The notes beneath the pieces are model-generated. The model did not search any database, had not been told where the DNA came from, and saw only the letters and a program-made list of their open reading frames with translations. Positions 46,889 to 56,633 of a stretch of 63,318 bases of DNA are shown in pieces; the stretch's first letter is position 1, and each line of letters begins with the position of its first letter. The position numbers and the translations under genes were made by a program. Where the stretch lies: positions 1-63,318 of the IMG/VR virus record IMGVR_UViG_3300037993_001113; one strand, 5' to 3'. The DNA comes from a virus. Taxonomy: Duplodnaviria > Caudoviricetes.

Positions 46889-49201
46889 GTGTACAGCCGT
46901 CGTATCGTCGCGCGCAATCTGGACCGGTACCTTGCTTCCCTGAAACCGGATGCGCTCCCGACGGCGCAAAAGCACCTCGCCCCGGTCAGCCGTATCGAAT
47001 TCGCCCGCGCCGTCGCTCACTTCGACACGCTGGTCGAACGCGACAACGACACCGGACGGCTGATCCCGGTGCGCAACGTCACCCCGGACGGCAGGCAGGT
47101 GTTCGACTCGCAGGGCCGGGTGCTGCTGCAATGGCAGGACACGCTGACACCGGAGGAAGCGCAATGGCTCAAATATCAGCGTATCCTGTGCGCGCTGGAC
47201 TTCTGGTACTGGGTGGAGCGTGCAGTATGGATCAAAGACACAGACAACGAAACGGTGCGGATGACCCTGTGGCGGTCGCAGGAGATCTTTCTGGAGATCG
47301 TCGCGGACATGGAGGATCAGGAGATCGCGATCTTCCTGATTATCCTGAAGGCAAGGCAGCTCGGGATCTCACGGATTATCACGTTGATCCTCTTACACAG
47401 GGTCGTTTTCGACTCGAATATCAACGCCTATTTGGCCAGTTCGACGGACAAAAAAACGCTGAAGCTGTTCAAGCTGATTTCCTTCGTGCTTGTCAGAATG
47501 CCGTTCTGGATGCAGCCCGGAAGTTCGCAGCCGGGCAAACTAGGCAAGGTAGACCAGGCCGGTAAACTATTGGAGTTTTTCAATGGCTCAGCTATCACGA
47601 TGGAACACGGTCAGCAGACCACCGGCATGGCCAGAGGCGATAGTCCTAACGTTGCTCACCTCAGCGAACTCGCCGAATTCGATGATATGGACTCACTCGT
47701 GGATTCAGCACTGCTGCGCGGCATGCACCCTTCGCCACGAAGTTTTCTGGCTCTCGAAGGCACCGCTGCCGGTATTCACAACTCCTGGCATGACCACTGG
47801 GAAGCCGCCAAGGAGCAGTGGCCGCAGCGCCGCGGCCGCCTCCGCCCGTTGTTCCTCCCCTGGTTCGTAGGCGGGCTCTACCCCAAACCCGTAGACCTGC
47901 TGTCACGTCCGGTGCCCGCCGATTACTCCACATCCATGGCCCCATGGGCGCTGACCCATGCGCGTATGGCCGAAGAGTCCGTACGGCAGTCCGACTACCT
48001 GTCCAAAGCCCTCGGCTCCAACTGGTTCATGCCGCTGGAGCAGATCTGGTACTACGAATGCGAACGCGCCGACGCGATCCGTAAGAACACGCTGAACAAG
48101 TTCCTGTCCGAAATGCCCGCGACCGACGATGAAGCATTCAACAGTACGAATGTGACTGTCTTTGACGTTGACACAATCAACTTTTACACCGCCAATGTGC
48201 GCACGCAGCCCGTATGGGGTGTGTTCGGCATTCGCGGACCGTCCGAATTCGTCCCTCCGCGCATCCAGCCGCATGACATCCTTGTAGACTCTACAAAGCC
48301 GCCCATCGATATTCTGGCCGATGCCGGCGGCGGGGTGAAAATACCGTTTCAGCTGGTGCCGCTGCAGTTTCGCGGATGGGATTACGAAGGCGACAGCAAA
48401 AAGGGTTCGGTGGACAAGATTTACGTATTCCAACCGCCCATGGACGGTTTCGAATACTACTTCGGGGTAGACACCGGCGACGGCATCGACAAGGACCGGA
48501 CGGTTATCGAAGGCTTGCGCAAATACTCGCTGGAAGGTCCCACCGCGCAGGTGCTCGAATTCGCCAGCGGGCACATGGGCGCCCTCGATGTGTGGCCGCT
48601 GCTGCTGGCGCTCGGTACATGGTACAGCGTTCCCGACCGCCGCGGCAACCGCCGTCAGCCCTGTATGGCTATCGAATGCCGCGGCAAGGGTGATATGCCG
48701 CAGCACGTGCTGCGCCTGATGAACTGGCATAATTTCCATTTGTGGAACGACAACCGGATCGATCACAAACAACTGGACCTGTCGCGCGCGCAGAAGTTGG
48801 GGGTGTTCACTAATTTCTACTTTCGCGCGGCCATGATCGATCACATCGTCACTTCGCTGCGCAACGGCGAAATAGAAATCCATTCGCCGTTCTTCGTGAA
48901 GGAAATGCGGTCGCTCGAAGGCGACGAATACGAACAGCAGCTGCGCGCCGGTCACGGCGGACACGACGACCGGATTATGGCGCTGGGGTTTGCCTTAACG
49001 TCGTTCAGCAAGTTCGACGCGGAATACTGGCGGGCGACCAAGGTAATGGCTTACTCGGGGCGCAACCCGGCGATGGCCGCATACGGTACGACCGGACTGC
49101 TGCCCGGAACCGAGGGAAGCGCATTGCAGGTTCAGCGCGGCGGACAGCGGCAGTACGCGTCCTGGGTTTACGGGGCGCAGTGCGATACGTCGGGGCTGTA
49201 G
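46889..49201 (+). CDS. terL: Terminase large subunit
   Basis: LKARQLGIS, HLSELAEF, GVDTGDG, HDDRIMALGFA; start inferred at GTG 46889. Confidence 0.92.
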   Translation: MYSRRIVARNLDRYLASLKPDALPTAQKHLAPVSRIEFARAVAHFDTLVERDNDTGRLIPVRNVTPDGRQVFDSQGRVLLQWQDTLTPEEAQWLKYQRILCALDFWYWVERAVWIKDTDNETVRMTLWRSQEIFLEIVADMEDQEIAIFLIILKARQLGISRIITLILLHRVVFDSNINAYLASSTDKKTLKLFKLISFVLVRMPFWMQPGSSQPGKLGKVDQAGKLLEFFNGSAITMEHGQQTTGMARGDSPNVAHLSELAEFDDMDSLVDSALLRGMHPSPRSFLALEGTAAGIHNSWHDHWEAAKEQWPQRRGRLRPLFLPWFVGGLYPKPVDLLSRPVPADYSTSMAPWALTHARMAEESVRQSDYLSKALGSNWFMPLEQIWYYECERADAIRKNTLNKFLSEMPATDDEAFNSTNVTVFDVDTINFYTANVRTQPVWGVFGIRGPSEFVPPRIQPHDILVDSTKPPIDILADAGGGVKIPFQLVPLQFRGWDYEGDSKKGSVDKIYVFQPPMDGFEYYFGVDTGDGIDKDRTVIEGLRKYSLEGPTAQVLEFASGHMGALDVWPLLLALGTWYSVPDRRGNRRQPCMAIECRGKGDMPQHVLRLMNWHNFHLWNDNRIDHKQLDLSRAQKLGVFTNFYFRAAMIDHIVTSLRNGEIEIHSPFFVKEMRSLEGDEYEQQLRAGHGGHDDRIMALGFALTSFSKFDAEYWRATKVMAYSGRNPAMAAYGTTGLLPGTEGSALQVQRGGQRQYASWVYGAQCDTSGL

Positions 49202-49205
49202 CGGG

Positions 49206-49268
49206 TGCGCTTTCGCAACGCCTGCGCTTTCGCAATGCTTGCTATTCCCGATCTGACCGGTATATAAT
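49206..49268 (+). promoter_or_regulatory. Promoter with tandem operator-like repeats
   Basis: TGCGCTTTCGCAA x2 (49206-49218, 49223-49235), then TTGCTA-18-TATAAT. Confidence 0.6.
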
Positions 49269-49315
49269 CGTCCACGAAATTCAGTCAGTGAAGCCAAAGG
49301 AGGCTTTAACCCGTT

Positions 49316-49804
49316 ATGCCTATCGATCTTACCGCTCCGCCCGCAGTGCTAAATCCTAACTCGGGCGAGATAGCGCTCAATATGAAACTGATGATCGAGG
49401 AAGCGCTTGACGACCGCAGGCGCCGCAACAACAACGCCGCGACGTTCGACAAGGCTATCGACGCCATAACCGTAGCCGGTCGCGAGGACGCGCAGGTGCT
49501 GAAATACCTCGCTACCACCGGGCTGTTGCAGCTCGGACAGACCGGCGCAACCGAGAATCAGGCTGCCGCCGGGCCGCAGTACACCGCTGCCGGAGCCGAG
49601 GACACAGCTAATGCCGGTGTGTCCGTTTCCGCACAGGCGGTCGCCACTTCACTGGGCAACCTGGCCAGCGCGCTGGTGCCGATCATTACAGCGGCGGGCG
49701 GTATCGTTACCGCGCAGACTCTCGCGGCGCTGCTGCCGGTTGTGGTCACCGCTGTCGGCGGTGCTTCGACCCCTTCGCAGACGCAGGCCAAACCTTCAAG
49801 CTAA
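49316..49804 (+). CDS. Hypothetical Ala-rich protein with hydrophobic C-terminus
   Basis: SD AGGAGG. Confidence 0.65.
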   Translation: MPIDLTAPPAVLNPNSGEIALNMKLMIEEALDDRRRRNNNAATFDKAIDAITVAGREDAQVLKYLATTGLLQLGQTGATENQAAAGPQYTAAGAEDTANAGVSVSAQAVATSLGNLASALVPIITAAGGIVTAQTLAALLPVVVTAVGGASTPSQTQAKPSS

Positions 49805-49851
49805 CTGGCGCTGCGTGGTGCGGATACAATTTTCAATGGAGTGAGGTGCAC

Positions 49852-50112
49852 ATGTTGTCGTTTCTTTCCGCTTTGAAGCATATTGGAGAAGATATCGAAG
49901 CAGGCATTACGGTGGCCGCTCCGATTATCGGCATCTTCGTTCCGGCTGCCGGTCCGATCCTTACCGATATCGCCGAAATCATCGTCGAACTGGAAGGCAT
50001 CGGGGCCAACCCGGCGAACACCAACCTGAGCCCGGTCACGCAGGCGGTGGCAACTGTAAGCGCGGTAAAACAGCATACCGCGTCCAAAGCCACGGCCACT
50101 GTGTCCGGTTAG
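49852..50112 (+). CDS. Small hydrophobic protein
   Basis: SD GAGG. Confidence 0.6.
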   Translation: MLSFLSALKHIGEDIEAGITVAAPIIGIFVPAAGPILTDIAEIIVELEGIGANPANTNLSPVTQAVATVSAVKQHTASKATATVSG

Positions 50113-50205
50113 ATACCCATAACGGGTCCGTTCCGTCCGGCGCACAGCTCCTCCCACCGCAACACCGTGCGCCGGCCGGGATACGGTAAGAAGGATCTCC
50201 ACGTA

Positions 50206-50460
50206 ATGGCCTGGCGCGCTTTGCAGTCAACCCATCTGAACGGCGGAGATTACGACCCGGATACGCAGACGCTGATGCTCCAGTTCGTTAACGGCGCGGT
50301 GTACCGGTATACCGGAGTACCGCAGCACAAAGCGGATACGCTTTTCCAGTCTTCTTCTCCGGGCGGGTACTTTCACGACCACATCCGGGGGCAGTACACT
50401 GAAGTGAAGATCGGCGAAGGGAGCACACGCACCGGACGCCGCAGCACACGAAAGTATTAA
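50206..50460 (+). CDS. KTSC-domain protein
   Basis: YDPDTQTL.LQF.NG.VYRY.GVP...S.G.YF..HIR. Confidence 0.85.
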   Translation: MAWRALQSTHLNGGDYDPDTQTLMLQFVNGAVYRYTGVPQHKADTLFQSSSPGGYFHDHIRGQYTEVKIGEGSTRTGRRSTRKY

Positions 50461-50474
50461 AGTATTATCGCGTT

Positions 50475-51200
50475 ATGCCCATGATTTCCTACCGCTGCCC
50501 GGACTGCGGATCGGACGACGAATGCTTTAAGCATGTTGCCGCCGACGCACCTGACACCATGCCCTGTCGCGGTGTGCGGATCGCCGAGGCGCAAACGGAG
50601 CGTATCGAACGCCGTGTTCCACAGCCGGACGGAACGGAGCTGATCGAATATGAAGAGGTCTGCCTCGCCCCGGTTATGGAAGTGTGTGGCGGTACTGCGC
50701 GTAAACGAGAGTCTTTTCCCGGCGAGTTGTGGAATCGACCTGCTCGCGGTTTCGAACCCCTAGTTGTCTTTGAAGCGGCGAACCCGGAAAGCCTACCGCC
50801 AGGACGCAGCAAATACTACATCCCCGGCCGCAACTACGAGCCGACTGAGCCCGGCTACCGCCGCATCGAACTTACTTCGATGGCCGAGTACAACCGGTGG
50901 GTGAAGGCTGCCAACACTTACGAAACCGACCGGATGAAGGACCACCGCAGCATGCATGAGTACTACTGGAATGCGCGGCGCACCGCCATGCGCGACCATG
51001 TGAACGCGCGCATCCGGCACAATTCGGTGCTGCAGTCGATTGCGCGGCTGGTGCGCGCCCGCAGCGACGCCAAAACGCTGAAGCGTTACGGCAAACCGCT
51101 CGACGCGCATTTTCACGCGCAGCTGTTGGAATTCACCCAGGGCAACATGCAGGATTACTGCGATAAGGACACCGGATGGAAAGCGACAAGAGCGCGATGA
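50475..51200 (+). CDS. FmdB-like zinc-ribbon protein
   Basis: MPMISYRCPDCG. Confidence 0.6.
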   Translation: MPMISYRCPDCGSDDECFKHVAADAPDTMPCRGVRIAEAQTERIERRVPQPDGTELIEYEEVCLAPVMEVCGGTARKRESFPGELWNRPARGFEPLVVFEAANPESLPPGRSKYYIPGRNYEPTEPGYRRIELTSMAEYNRWVKAANTYETDRMKDHRSMHEYYWNARRTAMRDHVNARIRHNSVLQSIARLVRARSDAKTLKRYGKPLDAHFHAQLLEFTQGNMQDYCDKDTGWKATRAR

Positions 51201-51565
51201 GTTTCAGGACGGATGAAAATTACAACCCCTGCGCGTTTACAACCGATATCGCGCATGAAGCGGGCCTTGCAATCGGCGTCGATTACGCAGTCGGAACGCA
51301 GTTTCCGCCTCTGCCGGACGGATCGCCGTCACCGTATTTCACCGCAAAGCTGCTCGGCGACCCGGTGCAAACGTCCATTCGGGTGATCGACGCCATCGGT
51401 TACTACACGCGCTCGGGCGGCGAACGCTGGACTTACATCGCTGTGCCGAAGTTCGTATGGAATGCGCTCACGCCCCCGCAGCAGCGCGACGTGATCGGTT
51501 TTCACTACGAACGCGAGGGCGGCACCGCTATGCGCGGGTTGTTCCCGAACTACGGCAAGGGGTAG
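51197..51565 (+). CDS. Hypothetical protein, possible cell-wall hydrolase
   Basis: RTD.NYNP resembles NNP-motif lysozyme-like proteins; weak. Confidence 0.35.
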   Translation: MSFRTDENYNPCAFTTDIAHEAGLAIGVDYAVGTQFPPLPDGSPSPYFTAKLLGDPVQTSIRVIDAIGYYTRSGGERWTYIAVPKFVWNALTPPQQRDVIGFHYEREGGTAMRGLFPNYGKG

Positions 51566-51574
51566 ACTTACACT

Positions 51575-53791
51575 GTGAACCGTCACCCCGGTTACAGTCC
51601 TGTAGACACCGCCTACCTGTGCCCGCAGCCCTTTGAACACGACCGTTCGCGGCAGGAATGGCGGGCATGCGACCCGTCGGACCTGTTTGCCTGGACACAG
51701 CAGATGCTTGCTGACGGTCGATCGTATCTAAGATTACAAAGCGCTTACAATTACATCAGCGACGGTATGGACATTATCAACGGCGAATTCCTCGTCACCG
51801 ATGTGCAGTCGCTGTCTAATGTACGGACAGAGGCTACGGCGCGTAATACCCGCGAAATCGTTGCCGCGCAGACCAACCTGCGCATGATCCCGTCGTTCAA
51901 ATCGGAAGCCGAACAGTACCGTGAACAAAATCAGATCCTTAATAACAGCTTTCTGTGCTGGCAAAACCTTACTTTTGCCGACCGTGCGCTGCGCCGCGCC
52001 TGGCAGTGGGCCTGCGTCGGCGGCACCGGCTATATAGGCCCGCGTTACGATCCGAACTACTACTACCGCGGCGAGGGAGACATCGTCTGGGACGCTTACG
52101 GACCTCTGGATGTAATCCCTCTGGGGCTTCCGCCGTCACTGTCCGTTCAGGGCGCCTACGCGGTCGGGCTGCGTAAACGGATGCCGGTACACCAGGTGTG
52201 GCGGATGTTCCCGTTGCAGCGCGACAATATCAAAGCCGCCCGTGTCAACACCGCCGGACGCGGCATGGTGATCGCGCAGTCGGTAAAGTATGCGACGGCG
52301 GTACTGAAACGATTTTCGCAGGGCGCCCGTCAGCCGGAACAGACCAACACCTGGGATGACGTAGACGTTTATTACATCTATGTAGATGACGACAGCGTTA
52401 ACGAAACCGGGCATCCGCTGAATATCTGCGGCCCCGACGGCCAGTGGGGCACGTCGTGGAGCTACACGGTTCCGTTTGTCGGGCAGGACATCCCGACCGG
52501 ACGTATGTTGCAGGGTGGCGTGCCGGAGCGTCGGCAGGCGCGCCGGGAAGATTGTCTGATCTACCCGAACCGCCGCCTGATCATTTGCACCGACACCTGC
52601 GTGGTGAACCCGGCGCCGGAGCACCAGTCGTCCTACCGCTGGGACGGCCGTGTGCCCATTGTGCAGTTCCGCGCCGACGACTGGGCATGGAATTTTCTGG
52701 GCTTCCCGGTAACCCGGTATGGGCAGTCAATCGAAAAACTGATGATCGAGCTTTGGCGCGGCGTCGGCGACCAGATGAATTGCCGTCTGAATCCGCCCGC
52801 GTTCTTCGACCGCAACAGCACCGCGATGAGCCTGCTGCAAACAGCCAACCCTCGTATTCCCGGTCTGCGCACGGGGCTCGATATGAACCTCAACCCCGCT
52901 GCCGGCCAGTGGACTCCCATGATGCCGCGCGACTGGTACGATACCAACCCGGCGATTATAGAGACTGCGGCGAAGATCCTTCCCGAAATTCTTAAAGAGC
53001 AGATGGGTCTTGCCGACACACAGGCGATGGCGCGCGCCAGGCAGGTCCCTTCCGGCGACACCGCGCAGCGCCTGCTCGAATCTATGGGCGCATTGCCGAA
53101 AGATCAGTCCCGCAACATGGAAGAAGGCATTCGTATGCTGGGCGAATTGTGGAAATCGGACTGGTTCCAGTTCGCCACGGCCAAACGGCGTATGCAGATG
53201 CTGGGGGCGGACGGCGTTACCGAAGAGGATTTCGACTACGAACCCGGCACGCTGGTGCCGTTAACGGAAGATCCGCAGGCAAAAGGCAAATGGCTGGAAA
53301 TGACGCAGGGGCCGGGGGGCACCTGGAACTATCAGCCAAACGCCGGATCGGATGGTACCGGCGTTCGCATGCCTTCCATGGCTGTGGCGCAGTTTGAGCG
53401 CGCCCGGTGGCACGCGCGTAATTTCACTTTCAGCGTCACCCCGTACAGCCTGCACGATTTCAACAGTACAACCCGTAAGCTGATGCTGATGCAGGCGTTA
53501 AAACTCGGTTTCCCGTTGTCCTGGTGGACGCAGGCGCGGGAGATACTGGATATCAAAGACTTTGGGCCATGTCTGGTGCCCGACGGCGCAGGCGGGATGC
53601 GGGAGGCGCGTACAGAGGTGGAGCGTTACACCGCGCAGCTGGAGATTATGGCACGGGTTGCGCAGGCAACCGGCGGAGGTAAAGGCGGGCAGGGCGGGCG
53701 CGGACGCGGGCATCCGCAGACGTTTCAGGCAAGCCCTAAAATAGAGCAGAAGGGCGGCGGGGACAGCACGACCAGGACTTCGCGGCAATAG
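51575..53791 (+). CDS. Portal protein
   Basis: 738 aa between terminase and scaffold/capsid; 'GGTGYI', GFP-stem region, SGD motif. Confidence 0.8.
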   Translation: MNRHPGYSPVDTAYLCPQPFEHDRSRQEWRACDPSDLFAWTQQMLADGRSYLRLQSAYNYISDGMDIINGEFLVTDVQSLSNVRTEATARNTREIVAAQTNLRMIPSFKSEAEQYREQNQILNNSFLCWQNLTFADRALRRAWQWACVGGTGYIGPRYDPNYYYRGEGDIVWDAYGPLDVIPLGLPPSLSVQGAYAVGLRKRMPVHQVWRMFPLQRDNIKAARVNTAGRGMVIAQSVKYATAVLKRFSQGARQPEQTNTWDDVDVYYIYVDDDSVNETGHPLNICGPDGQWGTSWSYTVPFVGQDIPTGRMLQGGVPERRQARREDCLIYPNRRLIICTDTCVVNPAPEHQSSYRWDGRVPIVQFRADDWAWNFLGFPVTRYGQSIEKLMIELWRGVGDQMNCRLNPPAFFDRNSTAMSLLQTANPRIPGLRTGLDMNLNPAAGQWTPMMPRDWYDTNPAIIETAAKILPEILKEQMGLADTQAMARARQVPSGDTAQRLLESMGALPKDQSRNMEEGIRMLGELWKSDWFQFATAKRRMQMLGADGVTEEDFDYEPGTLVPLTEDPQAKGKWLEMTQGPGGTWNYQPNAGSDGTGVRMPSMAVAQFERARWHARNFTFSVTPYSLHDFNSTTRKLMLMQALKLGFPLSWWTQAREILDIKDFGPCLVPDGAGGMREARTEVERYTAQLEIMARVAQATGGGKGGQGGRGRGHPQTFQASPKIEQKGGGDSTTRTSRQ

Positions 53792-53815
53792 ATGACAGGA
53801 AACACGGGGGCTGAT

Positions 53816-54001
53816 ATGCCGTCATCACAGGTAATGCACGAATACAAGGCCGGGCGGCTGCATTCCGGCAGCAAACACGGGCCGAAGGTTAAGAACCGTA
53901 AGTAGGCCGTCGCGATCATGCTGTCGGAAAAGCGTAAGGAGAAGTCGCAGGGCGGCAGTTACCATGGAAAACGGAAACGGTCGCGGTCCAAAAGCAGATA
54001 G
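53816..54001 (+). pseudogene. DUF6496-like small basic protein with in-frame TAG at 53903-53905
   Basis: VMHEYKAGRLHSGSKHGPKVKNRK*AVAIMLSE. Confidence 0.7.
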
Positions 54002-54239
54002 CACCGGCAGCACCGGCAGCCTGCTGAACGGACACTCCCTGTCCCGTCTGGCCGGCGCGGTACCTTCCGCGAAGCTCGTGCAGGAAGTCCGCCTGCCCGC
54101 CGCCCGTATGGCCGATGTGCTCGAAACCATCCACCAGCTCGGGCACGCGGGAAAGTTGTCGATCAACTTCGCGCACGGCAAAGCCGTGGACATGGTGTGG
54201 TCGATCACGCGCGAGGCGAAACCGCATGGCGACCTGTAG
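53964..54239 (+). CDS. Hypothetical protein
   Basis: Fits the operon. Confidence 0.55.
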   Translation: MENGNGRGPKADSTGSTGSLLNGHSLSRLAGAVPSAKLVQEVRLPAARMADVLETIHQLGHAGKLSINFAHGKAVDMVWSITREAKPHGDL

Positions 54240-54259
54240 GTTTGTAGAGTTTACAAACA

Positions 54260-54679
54260 ATGAAGAACAAAAGGAGTAAAGGTGAGCTGGATCGATTTCG
54301 CGTGAATCGGATTGAGCTGAAACGTAAGTATCTCTGGTTGGAAGTCATTGTCTTCAGTAGACCGGGTTACATGGCGCGTGGGTCTTACCACCTGGGTATA
54401 AATGCGCGTAACACAATGGGATTATGGCGTCCTGTATTTCCCAAGGATGTACGTATCAATCGTGGTCGTATTGGTACTATGCGACTGGTGCGTGGACGTA
54501 ATTTGGAACTTATTGCAATGCACGAGTCGGTGCATGCCGCGTTTGGTCTTTCGGCGTATCGAAAGAGATGGCCTGTTGACGGAGATGATCGTGAGGAGTT
54601 TATTGCGCGTGTTGCCGAGTACATTTTCGGCCAGATCCAGCGTCGCCTGCGCGTCATGAATTATTATCGTTACACTTGA
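54260..54679 (+). CDS. Hypothetical protein with HExxH motif (lower GC)
   Basis: MHESVHAA...REEF. Confidence 0.55.
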   Translation: MKNKRSKGELDRFRVNRIELKRKYLWLEVIVFSRPGYMARGSYHLGINARNTMGLWRPVFPKDVRINRGRIGTMRLVRGRNLELIAMHESVHAAFGLSAYRKRWPVDGDDREEFIARVAEYIFGQIQRRLRVMNYYRYT

Positions 54680-54704
54680 CATCCGTTGTAATACAGCTTA
54701 CAGT
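54676..54704 (+). promoter_or_regulatory. Sigma70-type promoter upstream of the capsid operon, overlapped by TGTAA-N6-TTACA
   Basis: TTGACA-17-TACAGT. Confidence 0.65.
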
Positions 54705-54739
54705 CATTGCTGAAGGGCGTTCGTCGCGGCACGACCGGC

Positions 54740-54769
54740 GCTCCCGGAAGCACAGCAGGGCAGAGGCAG
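54740..54769 (+). promoter_or_regulatory. 30-nt leader element, copy B
   Basis: Identical to the reverse complement of 36419-36448. Confidence 0.7.
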
Positions 54770-54810
54770 TAACGCAGTACGGTTCGGTTCCTTTCTCCCG
54801 GTTGACAGCT

Positions 54811-54868
54811 GAAGGCAGACCGATACGGTGTTGTCATCCACCGTACCGGGCTGCCTTCGGCGTTTTTT
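54811..54868 (+). terminator. Long hairpin + T-tract (terminator/attenuator)
   Basis: GAAGGCAG.CCG.TACGGTG pairs with CACCGTA.CGG.CTGCCTTC, followed by GGCGTTTTTT. Confidence 0.55.
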
Positions 54869-54957
54869 GGGGTGCCTTTCTTACTGCCGTGGCGTACCGC
54901 TCTCCTCCGTGAGTAACGATAGCCGGATATACCGGCGGTCGTGGAAAGGAGTATGCC

Positions 54958-55026
54958 ATGGAACTTTTTGGCGTGCAGGAGACTGCAAACCGCCGACGGG
55001 GCAAGCACCGCAGCAAAAAGCGTTAA
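54958..55026 (+). CDS. 22-aa Arg/Lys-rich peptide MELFGVQETANRRRGKHRSKKR
   Basis: SD AAGGAG 6 nt upstream. Confidence 0.45.
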   Translation: MELFGVQETANRRRGKHRSKKR

Positions 55027-55139
55027 GCGCCGATGTTGTGAGGTATCGCCGCCGGACAGGTAATCGACTACCCGATCCGGCGGTGTTCCTTTAACCGTTA
55101 ACATTTAACCCTTTGTAAAACCGTTCGTATCACGTTTCG

Positions 55140-55487
55140 ATGCCTGATGTTCACTCACCCGCGTCAGCGTCCCCGTCCATGATGGCCGGTATGAACCCGC
55201 CCCCGCCGGACACCGGCGGCGACGATATGTCCGGGCGTATTCCCGGCGCGGGGCAGCCCGGTCCCTCCGGGGCGCAATCGCAGCAAAACAGTTCGGCGGA
55301 CGCGAAGCTGAACAAGGACATTCAGATACTGCGGGCGGCGGAAGCGCAGCTGATGGAGATGGCATCGAGCTATCCGGCGGCTACCAAGGCTCTCCGCACC
55401 GCTTCGGAAGCGATCCGCGCGGCACAAAGGCAGATTGTCAGTTCGCCGGGTACGGCCGAGCCCCCGGTGCCCAATACCACCGCGTGA
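55140..55487 (+). CDS. Hypothetical head-module protein
   Basis: P/G-rich N-terminus plus helix pair. Confidence 0.6.
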   Translation: MPDVHSPASASPSMMAGMNPPPPDTGGDDMSGRIPGAGQPGPSGAQSQQNSSADAKLNKDIQILRAAEAQLMEMASSYPAATKALRTASEAIRAAQRQIVSSPGTAEPPVPNTTA

Positions 55488-55554
55488 CAGGCGGGGCGCT
55501 GATAAGGCATCCGGGATAAGCCGCAACCGTCCCATGGCGGCGGAAGGATAGTGA

Positions 55555-56598
55555 ATGCCGGTCGATAAAGCACTGCTCGAATCGTGTATTGCCGAAGCCG
55601 CCGGAGGCGACGCCGAAATGGCGGCGTTCCTGCTGGACCGGTACACGAAGAACGACGCACTGGCGGTAAAATTCGTCGGCGGGTACACGCGTACCGCCGA
55701 TTACACGAAGAAGTCGCAGGAATTAGCCGAGCAGCGCAGGCAGCTTGGCGATGTGGACGGACAACTGAAGGCCGCGCGCGCCGCGCTGGTCGCCGCCGAC
55801 GCGGAAAAAGCCGCGATTATGAAAGAAGTGGCGGTTGGCAGGATCAGCACGGCCAAGGCGAAGGCGCTGATGGAGATTTTGCGCGACAAGTATCAGTTGA
55901 CCGACGAGGACCTTCCCGGCATGTCGGAACTGATCGAAACACGCAAACAGGGCGCTGTGGTGGATAACACCCCGGATCTGGACACCCGGCTGGCCGTTTT
56001 CAAAGCGGACATCCTGAAGGAAGCGGAAGCGAAGTTCGCCGGTCAGATGATTCCCGAACTGGGCGCGATGGCGTCGCTGCCGATCATCTGGTCGGAAATC
56101 AACCGCGAACATCAGGAACTTACCGGCAAGCCGCTCACCTTCGCCGAACAGCAGGAAATCCTGAAGGTTGCCCGTGAGGGCACGCACGGCGGCCTGCGCG
56201 ACGTATGGGAGCAGAAGTTCAACATTGCCGGAGACAGCGGACTGCGCATGCAGAAACGCCTTGAAAGTGAAAAGGTACGCTGGGCCGAGGAACGCGACAG
56301 GGCCGATGCGGACGCCCGCAGCAAAGCGGCATTGGAAGTGGTTACCGGCCCCAGGCCGAACGACTTCACCGACGGCGGGGCGGGGATCAGCGGCGCGTTC
56401 AAAACCAGGTTCCGTACATTTGAGACCGATCCCGTAAAGGCTGCCGGACCGGCGGGAGATGGCATTCCTGTATTGCAGGTCGCGCCGGGGCAGCATGTGC
56501 GGCAGGGCGGCGCGGGCCGCATGCCGGCGGCGCAGCGGGCTGCGCAGAAGTTTCTGGAGCGCGGAGGCTCTGCCGGTTACGGCAGGAAGGCGTCCTGA
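55555..56598 (+). CDS. Capsid scaffolding protein
   Basis: ADYTKKSQELAEQRR motif, coiled coil, directly before the capsid gene. Confidence 0.78.
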   Translation: MPVDKALLESCIAEAAGGDAEMAAFLLDRYTKNDALAVKFVGGYTRTADYTKKSQELAEQRRQLGDVDGQLKAARAALVAADAEKAAIMKEVAVGRISTAKAKALMEILRDKYQLTDEDLPGMSELIETRKQGAVVDNTPDLDTRLAVFKADILKEAEAKFAGQMIPELGAMASLPIIWSEINREHQELTGKPLTFAEQQEILKVAREGTHGGLRDVWEQKFNIAGDSGLRMQKRLESEKVRWAEERDRADADARSKAALEVVTGPRPNDFTDGGAGISGAFKTRFRTFETDPVKAAGPAGDGIPVLQVAPGQHVRQGGAGRMPAAQRAAQKFLERGGSAGYGRKAS

Positions 56599-56633
56599 CG
56601 CAGGACAACAGATCATTTTAGGAGGTAACTGCT

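Noticed and set aside
54700-55140. tRNA or tmRNA
   Set aside because: No cloverleaf, T-loop consensus or CCA end recognisable
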